Of a stretch of 64,000 bases of DNA, positions 9,627 to 19,945 are shown in pieces. Source of the DNA: Candidatus Brocadiia bacterium (lineage in GTDB: Bacteria > Planctomycetota > MHYJ01 > JACQXL01). Within the stretch, counting starts at the first letter, position 1. Each line of letters opens with the position of its first letter. The stretch is taken from positions 119,029 through 183,028 of the forward strand of contig JBBAAP010000002.1 of assembly GCA_041658285.1 (NCBI GenBank), written 5' to 3'. Below the pieces are notes generated by a model. It worked only from the letters and a program-made list of their open reading frames with translations, made no database searches and was not told the origin of the DNA. Both the position numbers and the translations under genes were made by a program.

Positions 9627-11075
9627 TTATTTGCGCTTTTCCAACTCGGGCTTATTGACGTTACCAAGTTGCGGGATCTTTGCAATCATATCCTGCCATT
9701 TCAACCCGGTCAAAGCCTCCAGCACCGGCGGCAGCTGGGCAATGATATTGGTCACGTCTTTGGTCACCTTGGAAGCTCCGGCTGAATCGCCGCCCTGATT
9801 AACAATGACAATCTTTTCCGTCTTGGACAAAGGTTCGGCAATCGCCTTGGCAATCTCAGGCAATTTTTCCATAACTAACTGAATCACGGCCGCTTCGTTA
9901 TAAGCCTTCCAGGATTCGGCCTTGCGTGACATCGCCTCGGCTTCGGAATAACCGGTAGCCTTGATGACATCGGCGCTGGCCAGACCACGTGCCCGGTTGG
10001 CCTCAGCCTCACCAATACCGATGTTCTTGGTGGCATTGGCCTGGCCTTCGGCCTCGGTCATCAGCTTGAACCGCTGGGCGTTGGCCAACGTCTCTATCCT
10101 GTATTTTTCCGCGTCGGCCGGACGGGAAACGGTCGCTTCCAGTTCCTTCTGCCTGCGCGTTATTTCCTTCTCCTGGACGTCAATCATCCGTTCCTTTTCC
10201 ACCACCATAACCTGGACTTCTTCAGCCTTGACGGCCTGGTTGGTCTTGTACTTCTGCAGGTCGTAAGCCAGGTCGGCCTCGGCCTTTTTCTGGTTGATGT
10301 TCATCTGGTATCCGGCCTTCTTAACCTCGAAACTCTGGTTGGATTCGGCCACCTTGGTATCAGCCGCAAACTTGGCTTCCTGCCCGGCCTGGTTGGCCTG
10401 GGAACTCTTGATTATCGAATCACGGTCAGCCTCAGCCTGAGCAATAATGGCGTCTCGTTTGACCTGAGCGATGCGCGGCTTACCCAATGCCTCTAAATAA
10501 CCGTGGTCGTCCTTGATGTCACGCAAGGTAAACGAGTCAATGGTCAACCCCATATTGCCCAGATCGCCGCCCGTGACTTCTTGGACCTTCTGGGCAAATG
10601 CGTCACGGTTTTTATAAATATCCTCCACGGTCAACGTACCGACAATGGCCCGAAGATGTCCTTCGACCGTCTGCAAAGCTATGTTCTTTATCTCTTCCTC
10701 GCTCCGGCCCAAGAACCTTTCGGCCGCGGTCCGGATAGCCAGATCCTCGCCTTTAATTTTAACCTGGGCCACGCCATCCACGTTGATGGAAACGCCAATT
10801 ATGGTGTAGACCTCCTTGAGTCGGACATCAAGTGTCATCAGTTCCAGCGACAGGATATCGGCCTTTTCGAATATCGGCCAGACGAACGTGCCACCGCCCT
10901 TTACCAGCCTGAAACCAACGGACCGGCCGTCAAAGGTCTTATGCCGCCGTCCGGAAATAACCATAGCTTGGTTCGGACCGACCTTGGTATAACGGTTGGA
11001 ATACATCCTCAACAGCAGGAGTAATACAATGATAGTAACAACAACGCTCGTGGCCACCCATCCAAATCCTTCCAT
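9627..11075 (-). CDS. Flotillin-family (SPFH) protein
   Basis: N-terminal TM, SPFH domain, AEA-rich coiled coil, [10 protein letters not shown]. Confidence 0.92.
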   Translation of the reverse strand: MEGFGWVATSVVVTIIVLLLLLRMYSNRYTKVGPNQAMVISGRRHKTFDGRSVGFRLVKGGGTFVWPIFEKADILSLELMTLDVRLKEVYTIIGVSINVDGVAQVKIKGEDLAIRTAAERFLGRSEEEIKNIALQTVEGHLRAIVGTLTVEDIYKNRDAFAQKVQEVTGGDLGNMGLTIDSFTLRDIKDDHGYLEALGKPRIAQVKRDAIIAQAEADRDSIIKSSQANQAGQEAKFAADTKVAESNQSFEVKKAGYQMNINQKKAEADLAYDLQKYKTNQAVKAEEVQVMVVEKERMIDVQEKEITRRQKELEATVSRPADAEKYRIETLANAQRFKLMTEAEGQANATKNIGIGEAEANRARGLASADVIKATGYSEAEAMSRKAESWKAYNEAAVIQLVMEKLPEIAKAIAEPLSKTEKIVIVNQGGDSAGASKVTKDVTNIIAQLPPVLEALTGLKWQDMIAKIPQLGNVNKPELEKRK

Positions 11076-11115
11076 AACGTACTCCTTTCAATATTGGTAT
11101 ATTCTAATTTGTATC

Positions 11116-11721
11116 TTATAAAATCTTGGAACTCTCCGCCGGTTTGACGAAAAACGTATTACCGACTATTTTCTCTATGGTTACAACAGAATGCGCTTTG
11201 ATTTCGGTTTTATAGGCAGAACGGGCCGACGCGGTATAACGTGTTTCCTTGGCCACGTAAGCCACCTCGCCCAAACCTTCAACCGGGATAGTGGTAATAA
11301 CCTCGGCTTCCAATCCGACCATCTCAACCTGGCGTGATTCACTGCTGCCCTGGGTGGCTTTGAATAATGCCGCAAACAGGAAGAAAGTAACGCCGGCGGT
11401 TACGATACCGCCCAACACCGCCACAGGAATGCTGGCATAAACCGAGAACTTAAAGAACTTAAGGCAGACCATGCCCATACCGCCGAAAGCGGTCACGAAC
11501 ATAGCGATGATTACCGGACTGAGCGGTGAAAAGTGGATGGCACCGGAATCCGCCCCGCCGGTATCCATGTGGCCGGCCACGTCGTGGCTAGCATCAAAGC
11601 CGCCCGATTCCGGACCGCCCTCGTGACCACCGCCAAAAATCCCGCTAAAAATCGTGGAAATAACCGCATAGGCCAAACCAAGAATAAAACACCCGATAAA
11701 AACCAGCTCAATCATAGGCAT
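11116..11721 (-). CDS. NfeD-like membrane protein (flotillin partner)
   Basis: TM helices plus C-terminal OB-like domain (VGLEAEVITTIP..GEV); directly upstream of flotillin. Confidence 0.8.
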   Translation of the reverse strand: MPMIELVFIGCFILGLAYAVISTIFSGIFGGGHEGGPESGGFDASHDVAGHMDTGGADSGAIHFSPLSPVIIAMFVTAFGGMGMVCLKFFKFSVYASIPVAVLGGIVTAGVTFFLFAALFKATQGSSESRQVEMVGLEAEVITTIPVEGLGEVAYVAKETRYTASARSAYKTEIKAHSVVTIEKIVGNTFFVKPAESSKIL

Positions 11722-11753
11722 AACTTTACTCCTTTATGTTCAAGGCGGATTAA

Positions 11754-12533
11754 TCACCTTAATCTTTTAGGTCTTGGTTGATTCCCTTTGGCCGGATTGG
11801 TTATCTGCTTGGCAAAATCTTCAAAAGAGTCCGGCTTACCGGTCGTCCCGCCTGACCGGCCGTCAGTTCGGGCAGGCTGTTGCTGTGCCGGCCTTGGCCG
11901 GGCAGACTGCTGTGCCACCAAACGGTGCGCCTCATCCTGCGCCAGGTCGGCCGTGGGAATCTCCGTCTCAGTATGAACAACCCCGGCCTGCGTCGTTTGA
12001 GCCAGGCTGTGATGAACCTCTTTCAGTTCGCCCGTTTCGGAGTTAATCATCAGCCCGTAGACAGGTATCTCCTGCGGGATGATGTCCGACTGCCGGACAG
12101 ACTCGACCACCTTGCGGACGTTGTTTTCCTCGTCGTTAATAACGCCGAACCATTCGCGCAGGTCGTCGGCCTTTATCATCTCACGAGTTTTGTTGTATTT
12201 CTTGAACGAATCGGTCAGCTTGGCCACGTCAATGCGCATGCCGCAATGAGTATGGCCGATAATGGCAACTTCCTTGGCGCCGACCACGTAGATAGCCACG
12301 GCCAGCGAGCGGAGCACGCTGTTATCGAAGGATGTGATGGTATTGCCGGCGTTCTGGATAAAAACCGCCTCGCCCCGTTTCAGTCCCAGCGCCTTGTTGA
12401 TGAAATCCATCAGTTCGCAACACGTGCAGGTTACGATAGCCCAGCGGCAACGAGACTTGATTTCTGACAGCGACTGCGCCGGTGTATTCTTCATAAACTC
12501 CCGACTGACTTTGATAAACTGCTCTAAAGACAT
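11754..12533 (-). CDS. Beta-class carbonic anhydrase with a low-complexity C-terminal tail
   Basis: VTC..., IQNAGN, IIGHTHCGM (HxxC Zn ligands), VYGLMINSETGEL. Confidence 0.8.
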   Translation of the reverse strand: MSLEQFIKVSREFMKNTPAQSLSEIKSRCRWAIVTCTCCELMDFINKALGLKRGEAVFIQNAGNTITSFDNSVLRSLAVAIYVVGAKEVAIIGHTHCGMRIDVAKLTDSFKKYNKTREMIKADDLREWFGVINDEENNVRKVVESVRQSDIIPQEIPVYGLMINSETGELKEVHHSLAQTTQAGVVHTETEIPTADLAQDEAHRLVAQQSARPRPAQQQPARTDGRSGGTTGKPDSFEDFAKQITNPAKGNQPRPKRLR

Positions 12534-12675
12534 AAAAAACTCCTGCTATTCTTATAGTCATTCTGAAAGATTAGTCAATATTTACAGCTAAAATACTTGA
12601 TAAATCACCAAAATTAATTTCCAATGCTGATTTAATTGTTTTAATTTATCCGGCAATGAGATAAGAGAAAGAATC

Positions 12676-13380
12676 ATGCAACTAACAGTTAAAGATGCCG
12701 CTAAGTTCCTGAATATCCCCGAAAAAACCATATATCGCATGATAAAAAATGGCGAGATACCTGCTTGCCAAGTTTTAGACCAATTCCGTTTCAATAAATC
12801 GGAGCTTTTAGAGTGGGCATTAGAGCGCAAGATTAATGTAAATCTGGACAGCTTTTCACAGGAAACCGAACTGGGCGCAAATACCCCTTTACCAACCATA
12901 TCCGATGCCTTACGTGAAGGTGGTGTTTTTTACCGCGTCGGAGGGAAGGATATGCAGTCTGTTCTGCAATCCATAGTTAAGATATTAAATCTCCCCGAAA
13001 GCATAAACCGCGAATTACTTCTAAAGGTGCTGTTGGCGCGGGAATCATTGGCTTCCACCGGAATAGGCGGTGGCATCGCTATACCGCATGTGCGCAACCC
13101 GATAATTGTGCAATCCGCTAAACCACAAATCGCATTATGCTTCCCGGGAAACCCTGTTGATTTCCATGCCATAGACGGGAAACCTGTTTCCGCTCTTTTC
13201 GTTTTAATCTGCCCCAATATTCGGTTACATCTTTATCTTCTTTCCCGCCTGGCATTTATACTACAGAATGAGTCTTTCAAAGAAGTCTTAAAGCGCCAAG
13301 GACTGAGCAATGAAATATTCAGCGTGCTGAACGACATTGACACCAACCCCGTTAAAAACGAGGAGAGCGCCGCAGAATGA
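12676..13380 (+). CDS. Excisionase-type HTH fused to a PTS EIIA(Ntr/Fru) domain
   Basis: LTVKDAAKFLNIPEKTIYRM HTH; STGIGGGIAIPHVR with the phospho-acceptor His. Confidence 0.88.
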   Translation: MQLTVKDAAKFLNIPEKTIYRMIKNGEIPACQVLDQFRFNKSELLEWALERKINVNLDSFSQETELGANTPLPTISDALREGGVFYRVGGKDMQSVLQSIVKILNLPESINRELLLKVLLARESLASTGIGGGIAIPHVRNPIIVQSAKPQIALCFPGNPVDFHAIDGKPVSALFVLICPNIRLHLYLLSRLAFILQNESFKEVLKRQGLSNEIFSVLNDIDTNPVKNEESAAE

Positions 13381-15350
13381 TATTATTTATTTTCGCATTA
13401 CTTATTCTGCTTTTGGGCGGTATCGGTTCATTGCTAATGAGCCATACGCCGCGCATCGGATTTAAGATCGGAAGTTACGGCGCTATTGCCGGCTCTTTAA
13501 TCGGGCTTATTTCTACCATATTAATGCTTATTAATGGACTTACAGAAACAGCTGTTTTCAACTGGGGCATACCGGGTGCCGAAATATCACTTGAAATCGA
13601 CGGCCTTTCGGGCTTTTTCCTCACGGCTATTTTCTTCCTGTCCACCCTGTCGGGCATTTACGGCTCGGGATATTTGGATGCCCTGGCAAAAAAAGCCGCC
13701 CGGTCATGGTTCTGGTTTAACTGGTTGATTATCAGCATGGCCATTGTCGTGGCGTCCAGAAATACCATCCTATTCTTGTTCAGCTGGGAAATCATGTCCC
13801 TGTCCTCATTTTTCCTGGTTATATTTGATGGAGAAAACGAGGCAAGCAGGGATTCAGCCTGGATTTATCTTATCGCCACCCATATAGGAACAGCGTTTTT
13901 AACCGTTATGTTTCTTATCGCCGGAAGCCAAACCGGTTCGTTTGATTTCAACGGTTTGAGTAATACACATCTATACGGTAAATATTTTGCAGACCTGTTT
14001 TTTATCTTTTCCGTCATCGGGTTCGGCGTAAAGGCCGGGTTCTTCCCAATGCATGTATGGCTACCGGAAGCACATCCGGCCGCGCCATCTCATGTTTCCG
14101 CATTGATGTCTGGGGTAATGATTAAAACCGGCATTTACGCGCTGATTAGATTCGTGCTTATTTCCGGGACTATCCCGGCTTGGTGGGGTTTTGCTCTGGT
14201 TATTATCGGGATATCATCGGGCATTTTGGGCGTGATATTCGCGCTCGCCCAGCATGATATAAAACGGTTACTAGCCTACCACAGCATGGAAAATATCGGA
14301 ATCATCTGCCTGGGACTCGGCATCGGACTGCTCGGAATAAGCTATAACCAGCCGGTCATGGTTTTCTTGGGATTGGCCGGAGGCCTGATGCATGTATTAA
14401 ACCATTCCCTCTTCAAGGGTTTGCTGTTTCTCAGCGCCGGCGCGGTAATGCATTCCACTCACGAACGGAATATTGAAAAGCTGGGCGGCTTGCTGAAAAG
14501 GATGCCCGTAACAGGCGCCTCGTTCCTGATAGGCGCCATCGCCATATGCGGACTTCCGCCTTTAAACGGGTTCATCAGCGAGTGGCTGATTTTCTCGGCT
14601 GCGTTACAGGGTGTTTTGGCAAATACTTACCATCTTATGATACCGTCCATATCCGTGATAATCGCGCTGGTAATAATCGGCGGATTGGCCCTGGCCTGTT
14701 TTACCAAAGCTTTCGGGATAGGTTTCCTGGGCGAGCCCCGTAACAAAGCAGCCGCCCAGGCGCATGACCCCGGCACCAGCATGAAATTCCCCATGCTGGC
14801 CATATCATTAGCCTGTATCGCCATCGGAGTTTACCCGCTGTTTTTCATTTCGGCCATATCAAAGGTATTTGCATTGACAAACGGCCTGGCCATTTACAGC
14901 ATATTACCCAAGGATACGGCCGCATCAATGCAGGCCATCTCCCTGTCGTTTGTCTGCTTGATTCTCCTTATCACGGCCATTGTGGTTTTCCGCAAATATT
15001 TATCCCCAAAGGCAAAAGCCCAAAAAACCGTAACCTGGGATTGCGGATATGCGCAGCCGAACAGCCGGATGCAGTATACCGCATCCTCGTTTGCCCAGCC
15101 GTTTTTGCCGTTGATAGGTTTCTTCCAGAAACTGTCCTATGACCGGAAATTACCCGAAGGCGTATTCCCTTCGGAGGCACATTTTGAATCACACAGCGCG
15201 GATATAGCCCGGGCGATACTTTTCAATCCCCTTTTCCGAATCGCATATAACTTGCTTCACCGGATAAAAGTGATGCAGCAAGGACGGGTCCAGATTTATG
15301 TGCTCTATATCGCGCTGACTTTGCTGTTACTGATTATTTTCGGCATGTAA
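13377..15350 (+). CDS. hyfB: Hydrogenase-4 component B-like antiporter subunit (Ehr complex)
   Basis: WEIMS, KAGFFPMHVWLPEAHPAAPSHVSALMSG, RLLAYHSMEN, TWDCGY. Confidence 0.9.
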   Translation: MILFIFALLILLLGGIGSLLMSHTPRIGFKIGSYGAIAGSLIGLISTILMLINGLTETAVFNWGIPGAEISLEIDGLSGFFLTAIFFLSTLSGIYGSGYLDALAKKAARSWFWFNWLIISMAIVVASRNTILFLFSWEIMSLSSFFLVIFDGENEASRDSAWIYLIATHIGTAFLTVMFLIAGSQTGSFDFNGLSNTHLYGKYFADLFFIFSVIGFGVKAGFFPMHVWLPEAHPAAPSHVSALMSGVMIKTGIYALIRFVLISGTIPAWWGFALVIIGISSGILGVIFALAQHDIKRLLAYHSMENIGIICLGLGIGLLGISYNQPVMVFLGLAGGLMHVLNHSLFKGLLFLSAGAVMHSTHERNIEKLGGLLKRMPVTGASFLIGAIAICGLPPLNGFISEWLIFSAALQGVLANTYHLMIPSISVIIALVIIGGLALACFTKAFGIGFLGEPRNKAAAQAHDPGTSMKFPMLAISLACIAIGVYPLFFISAISKVFALTNGLAIYSILPKDTAASMQAISLSFVCLILLITAIVVFRKYLSPKAKAQKTVTWDCGYAQPNSRMQYTASSFAQPFLPLIGFFQKLSYDRKLPEGVFPSEAHFESHSADIARAILFNPLFRIAYNLLHRIKVMQQGRVQIYVLYIALTLLLLIIFGM

Positions 15351-15359
15351 AATTAATTT

Positions 15360-16283
15360 ATGAACGGATATTCGCTAATAAACATATTCCTGGCCCTGAT
15401 ATGCGCCCCATTCCTGTTAAGCATCATCAACAGGGTCAAAGCTTTCTGGGCCGGCCGGCATGGCCAGCCGCTCTTACAGCCGTATTACGACCTCATTAAA
15501 CTGCTCCAAAAAGAATCTGTTTACAGCCGGACCACCACCTGGGTCTTTGCGGCCGGACCGGTCGGCGGCCTGGCTATCGCGCTGTTATTGATTACATTAA
15601 TCCCGCTGGCCGGCATTCCGGCGCTGTTCTCTTTCCGGGGCGATATTTTCCTGCTGATATATCTCCTGGCGCTGCTGAGATTCTTAACCATCATCTCCGC
15701 CCTGGATACCGGCTCCAGCTTCGAAGGCATGGGCGCCAGCCGTGAATCTTTCTTCTCGGCCATGGCCGAACCGGCCTTCGCCATCGGACTGATTGCACTG
15801 GTGAAAATGACCGGCCAGACATCGCTTTCCGGCTGTTTCACCCACTTTTCATTTGCCTTATGGAACGATATTTCGGCGCCGCTCCTGCTGGTGCTCAGCG
15901 CCTGGGTCATTGTTTTCCTGGTCGAAAACGCCCGGATACCTATTGACGACCCAAACACGCATCTGGAACTTACCATGATACACGAGGTCATGGTCCTTGA
16001 CCACAGCGGACCTGATTTCGCGTTTATCCAATACACCTCATCGCTGAAAATGTGGGTATTGGGAATGTTGTTGATTAATGTTTTAGTGCCGTTCCATACC
16101 GGAAAAATAATTATTGACCTGCTCATAGCCATCGGGTCATTATTCCTTTTAGCGACGCTTATCGGGATTATAGAATCGGTAATGGCCCGATTACGGTTGG
16201 TGCGGATACCCCAGCTGCTTATCGTTGCCGGGACATTTTCCATCCTGGCATTTATATTAATCATCCGGAGCCAAATTACATGA
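15360..16283 (+). CDS. hyfC: HyfC/HycD (NuoH-like) membrane subunit
   Basis: GQPLLQPYYDLIKLL, SSFEGMGASRE, ARIPIDDPNTHLELTMIHE. Confidence 0.9.
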   Translation: MNGYSLINIFLALICAPFLLSIINRVKAFWAGRHGQPLLQPYYDLIKLLQKESVYSRTTTWVFAAGPVGGLAIALLLITLIPLAGIPALFSFRGDIFLLIYLLALLRFLTIISALDTGSSFEGMGASRESFFSAMAEPAFAIGLIALVKMTGQTSLSGCFTHFSFALWNDISAPLLLVLSAWVIVFLVENARIPIDDPNTHLELTMIHEVMVLDHSGPDFAFIQYTSSLKMWVLGMLLINVLVPFHTGKIIIDLLIAIGSLFLLATLIGIIESVMARLRLVRIPQLLIVAGTFSILAFILIIRSQIT

Positions 16284-16915
16284 ACGATATTATACTGTCT
16301 GTAGTGATATTAACCGACCTGGCTCTTTTGGGAACAAGCCGGCTGGCCTATTCCATTTCCTTATTGGCGTTCCAGGGAATAATAGTCGGTTTGCTGCCGG
16401 TCTCCTTCGGACACCAGCTTACGATTAGAACGGCCTTAATGGCCATAATGATTATCATCATAAAAGGCGGTGTTTTTCCCAAAATACTGACTAACGCCCT
16501 GCGGGAAGTCAATATCAGGCATGAATCCGAACCATACATCGGTTATGTCGCATCCTCTTTTGCGGGCATAGTCCTGCTGGGAATCTCTTTCTGGCTCGGC
16601 GCCACCATGCCTATTCCAACGGCTGTGGCCGGCACTAATATCGTAATCCCCGCGTCTATTTTCACGATACTAACCGGCCTGTTCCTTATTATCAGCCGGA
16701 AAAATGCCGTCACCCTGGTCATCGGCTATCTGACCATCGAAAACGGCATTGCCGCTTTCGGCCTGGCCATGGTTTCAGGCATCCCGTTCCTTATCGAACT
16801 GGGAATCCTGCTTGACGCTTTTACCGCGGTCTTTGTGATGGCCATAATTATTTACCATATTAACCTGGAATTCAACACCATAGATTCCGACCACTTAAGC
16901 TCTTTAAAAGGATAA
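16280..16915 (+). CDS. hyfE: HyfE-like membrane subunit
   Basis: Hydrophobic; GYLTIENGI..ELGILLD pattern; operon position. Confidence 0.85.
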   Translation: MNDIILSVVILTDLALLGTSRLAYSISLLAFQGIIVGLLPVSFGHQLTIRTALMAIMIIIIKGGVFPKILTNALREVNIRHESEPYIGYVASSFAGIVLLGISFWLGATMPIPTAVAGTNIVIPASIFTILTGLFLIISRKNAVTLVIGYLTIENGIAAFGLAMVSGIPFLIELGILLDAFTAVFVMAIIIYHINLEFNTIDSDHLSSLKG

Positions 16916-16922
16916 ACAAGGT

Positions 16923-18404
16923 ATGACCCTGAATTATTTATTTTGGCTTCTGCTTATTTTACCGGCCCTGGGCAGCCTTTTATGCTACATCTTCAAATCG
17001 GCCGACGCCGTGATGAATTTCGTTGCCTATGGCATGTCCCTGCTGTCCGCGCTCGTTTTTATCTTCTGTTACTCTGTCCTTAAAACCGGCCCGGTCAGCT
17101 TTGCCGGCCAATGGTTCTACATAGACACCCTTTCGGCGCTTCATTTAGTGGTTATGGCCGTTATTTTCGGGCTCAACTCGCTCTACGCCCGGATTTACTT
17201 CCTTAACGGCCCGGCCGGGAAACCGATTAACCTGGACACCGCGCGCAAATTCGGCGCCCTCTGGTTCGGCACACTCACAGCCATCGAACTGGTTTTGTTC
17301 TCCAACAATCTGGGCGTAATGTGGGTCGGGCTTGAAGCGGTCACCCTGATTACCGCTTTCCTGATATGCCTGCATGTCACGCCGGTTTCATTGGAAGCCA
17401 CCTGGAAATACCTGATAGTCTGTTCCGTCGGCGTAGCCTTTGCTTTTATGGGCATCCTGCTCATCGGCGCCGCATCTTCCTTCGCCGACAAGAGCTCCCT
17501 GAGGTTCCTGAACTGGACGGAGCTAAAAACGCATGCCGCATCCTTCGACCCCAAGATAATAAAACTGGCTTTTATCTTCCTGTTTGTCGGCTACGGAACC
17601 AAGGCCGGCCTGGCGCCGATGCATAGCTGGCTCCCCGATGCGCACAGCCAGGCTCCGGCGCCCGTCTCAGCCCTATTCTCGGGGTTCCTGCTCAACTCCG
17701 CCCTATACTGCATCATGAGGTTTATCCCAATCGTCGAACCTGCCGCCGGTGCAGCCTGGGTCAAGCACATCCTGCTTTTCTTCGGACTATTCTCAATCCT
17801 GGTTTCCGCCGCATTCATCGTCACCCAACATAACCTGAAACGACTCTTGGCATACTGCAGCGTCGAACATATCGGAATCATCACGGTCGGGCTGGGCCTC
17901 GGCCCGCTCGGCGCCTTTGCCGCGCTTTTCCACTCGATTAACCACTCGCTGGCCAAAACGCTCAGTTTCTGGAGCGCCGGCCATGTCGGCAAGATATACG
18001 GCACATACGATATGAGAAACATCTCGGGCGTGCTGAAAACGGCCCCGCTATGGGGAATCGGATTGCTGGGCAGTTCACTGGCGCTCATCGGCGTCGCCCC
18101 ATTCGCGATTTTCCTGAGCGAATTCTTCATACTCAAGGCCGCCGCCCAGGCCAAAGACTACGTCACCTTGGCCCTTTCCCTGGCAGGCGCCGGAATGATA
18201 TTCATCGGTATGCTCCGTATGGTTATCAATATGTCATACGGCGCGGCTCAAAGCACGAAGAACAAAACCTCTGTCACCTTCTCCGAAGTCGTCATTGTCG
18301 GCATCCCCTTAGCAGCGCTTTTAATACTGGGTTTATGGATGCCCCAGGCTCTTCGGGATGTCCTGACTGACGCGGCAAAGATTATATGGAGCGGCAATAT
18401 ATGA
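16923..18404 (+). CDS. hyfF: HyfF-like antiporter subunit
   Basis: LEATWKYL, GYGTKAGLAPMHSWLPDAHSQAPAPVSALFSG, KRLLAYCSVEH. Confidence 0.9.
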   Translation: MTLNYLFWLLLILPALGSLLCYIFKSADAVMNFVAYGMSLLSALVFIFCYSVLKTGPVSFAGQWFYIDTLSALHLVVMAVIFGLNSLYARIYFLNGPAGKPINLDTARKFGALWFGTLTAIELVLFSNNLGVMWVGLEAVTLITAFLICLHVTPVSLEATWKYLIVCSVGVAFAFMGILLIGAASSFADKSSLRFLNWTELKTHAASFDPKIIKLAFIFLFVGYGTKAGLAPMHSWLPDAHSQAPAPVSALFSGFLLNSALYCIMRFIPIVEPAAGAAWVKHILLFFGLFSILVSAAFIVTQHNLKRLLAYCSVEHIGIITVGLGLGPLGAFAALFHSINHSLAKTLSFWSAGHVGKIYGTYDMRNISGVLKTAPLWGIGLLGSSLALIGVAPFAIFLSEFFILKAAAQAKDYVTLALSLAGAGMIFIGMLRMVINMSYGAAQSTKNKTSVTFSEVVIVGIPLAALLILGLWMPQALRDVLTDAAKIIWSGNI

Positions 18405-19918
18405 AACGGTTTCTGGAGATAAAACCATCAATCGCGGTCCCGATGGCGGAACTGCCGGCGCTGGAGTTCAATGATTTCAGGGAACACATCATTGAATCCA
18501 TCCATCAGGGCCGCCGTTTAGCGGCCTTTTACGGCTCCGGCGACAGTTCCGGCAAGGTCAGGATTATCGCCGTATTGGCCGACGACCAAAACGGATTGTT
18601 ATACGCGGCATCATCTTTCCCCGGGGATTCGTTTGATTCACTCACCTCGGACTGCCCACAAGCGCATTGGTTCGAGCGCGAAATAGCCGAACAATGGTCC
18701 GTAAAACCCGAAGGCCATCCCTGGCTTAAACCCATCCGATTCCATACCGCATACCGGGACGGAAAAAAAACCAGCGGCACTCCCCGGCAACCGGAACCAG
18801 TCTGCGGCACAACCGGATTCTTCCAGGTCAGCGGCGACGAAATCCACGAGGTCGCGGTCGGCCCGGTCCACGCCGGTATTATCGAGCCCGGCCATTTCCG
18901 GTTCCAATGCCACGGCGAAGACGTATTGCACCTGGAAATCTCGCTGGGCTACCAGCATCGCGGCATCGAACGCCGTTTGATTGGCGGACCGGACAAGAAA
19001 ACCGCCCACTATATGGAAACACTGGCCGGCGACACGACCATCGGCCATACGCTGGCATATTGCCAGGCAATCGAAGCTCTGTCCGGCTTGTCCGTGCCGG
19101 CGCGCGGGCAAGTTCTGCGCGCCATCGCGCTGGAACTGGAGCGTATCGCCAACCACGTCGGCGACCTGGGCGCGCTGGCCGGAGACGTGGCATTCCTGCC
19201 CACCGCTTCTTACTGCGGCCGGATTCGCGGCGATTTCCTTAATATGACCGCCGTCTTGTGCGGCAACCGCTTCGGGCGCGGACTTGTCCGACCGGGCGGA
19301 ATTATGCATAACATAGACGAAAGACAAATACAAGAGATTGGACAACGGCTTCTCAATGCGGAACAGGACACCCTATCGGCCGTCAACCTCCTCTGGAGCA
19401 ACAGTTCCGTTATGGCCCGGTTTGAGGAAACCGGCGTCGTCTCCAAATCAACCGCGGAAACGACCGGCCTGGTCGGCGTGGCCGCCAGGGCCAGCGGGCT
19501 GGAACGCGATATCCGGCGCGATTTCCCGCAGGGCTACTACCAATACGCTCATATACCCGTTTCCACCTGGAACAACGGCGACGTCTTCGCCCGGGCATTT
19601 GTGCGCTGGATGGAAATACAACGGTCTATCGCATTTATAAAGGAACAAATAAAATCCATCCCGGGCGGACCGATTTCGGTGCCGGAAGCCACACTAAAAC
19701 CGGATTCATTGGTGGTTTCACTGACAGAAGGCTGGCGCGGAGAAATCTGCCACTGCATCATCACGGACCGTGCCGGCCGGGTCGGTCATTACAAGGTAAT
19801 CGACCCGTCGTTCCATAACTGGTTCGGGCTGGCGCTGGCATTGCGGAACCAGCAGATATCCGACTTCCCGCTGTGCAACAAGAGTTTTAACCTGTCCTAT
19901 TGCGGACACGATTTGTAA
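18401..19918 (+). CDS. HyfG/HycE-like (NuoCD-like) large subunit lacking NiFe-binding motifs (Ehr)
   Basis: GPVHAGIIEPGHFRF, GYQHRGIE, ELERIANH, EGWRGE; L1 region reads ETLAGDTTIGH and the C-terminus SFNLSYCGHDL. Start taken at the ATG overlapping the hyfF stop. Confidence 0.88.
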   Translation: MKRFLEIKPSIAVPMAELPALEFNDFREHIIESIHQGRRLAAFYGSGDSSGKVRIIAVLADDQNGLLYAASSFPGDSFDSLTSDCPQAHWFEREIAEQWSVKPEGHPWLKPIRFHTAYRDGKKTSGTPRQPEPVCGTTGFFQVSGDEIHEVAVGPVHAGIIEPGHFRFQCHGEDVLHLEISLGYQHRGIERRLIGGPDKKTAHYMETLAGDTTIGHTLAYCQAIEALSGLSVPARGQVLRAIALELERIANHVGDLGALAGDVAFLPTASYCGRIRGDFLNMTAVLCGNRFGRGLVRPGGIMHNIDERQIQEIGQRLLNAEQDTLSAVNLLWSNSSVMARFEETGVVSKSTAETTGLVGVAARASGLERDIRRDFPQGYYQYAHIPVSTWNNGDVFARAFVRWMEIQRSIAFIKEQIKSIPGGPISVPEATLKPDSLVVSLTEGWRGEICHCIITDRAGRVGHYKVIDPSFHNWFGLALALRNQQISDFPLCNKSFNLSYCGHDL

Positions 19919-19945
19919 TATTTAGTATACAAGGATTAATAAACT

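Noticed and set aside
18401-19918. Functional group 4 [NiFe]-hydrogenase / formate hydrogenlyase
   Set aside because: Both CxxC Ni-binding motifs are missing.
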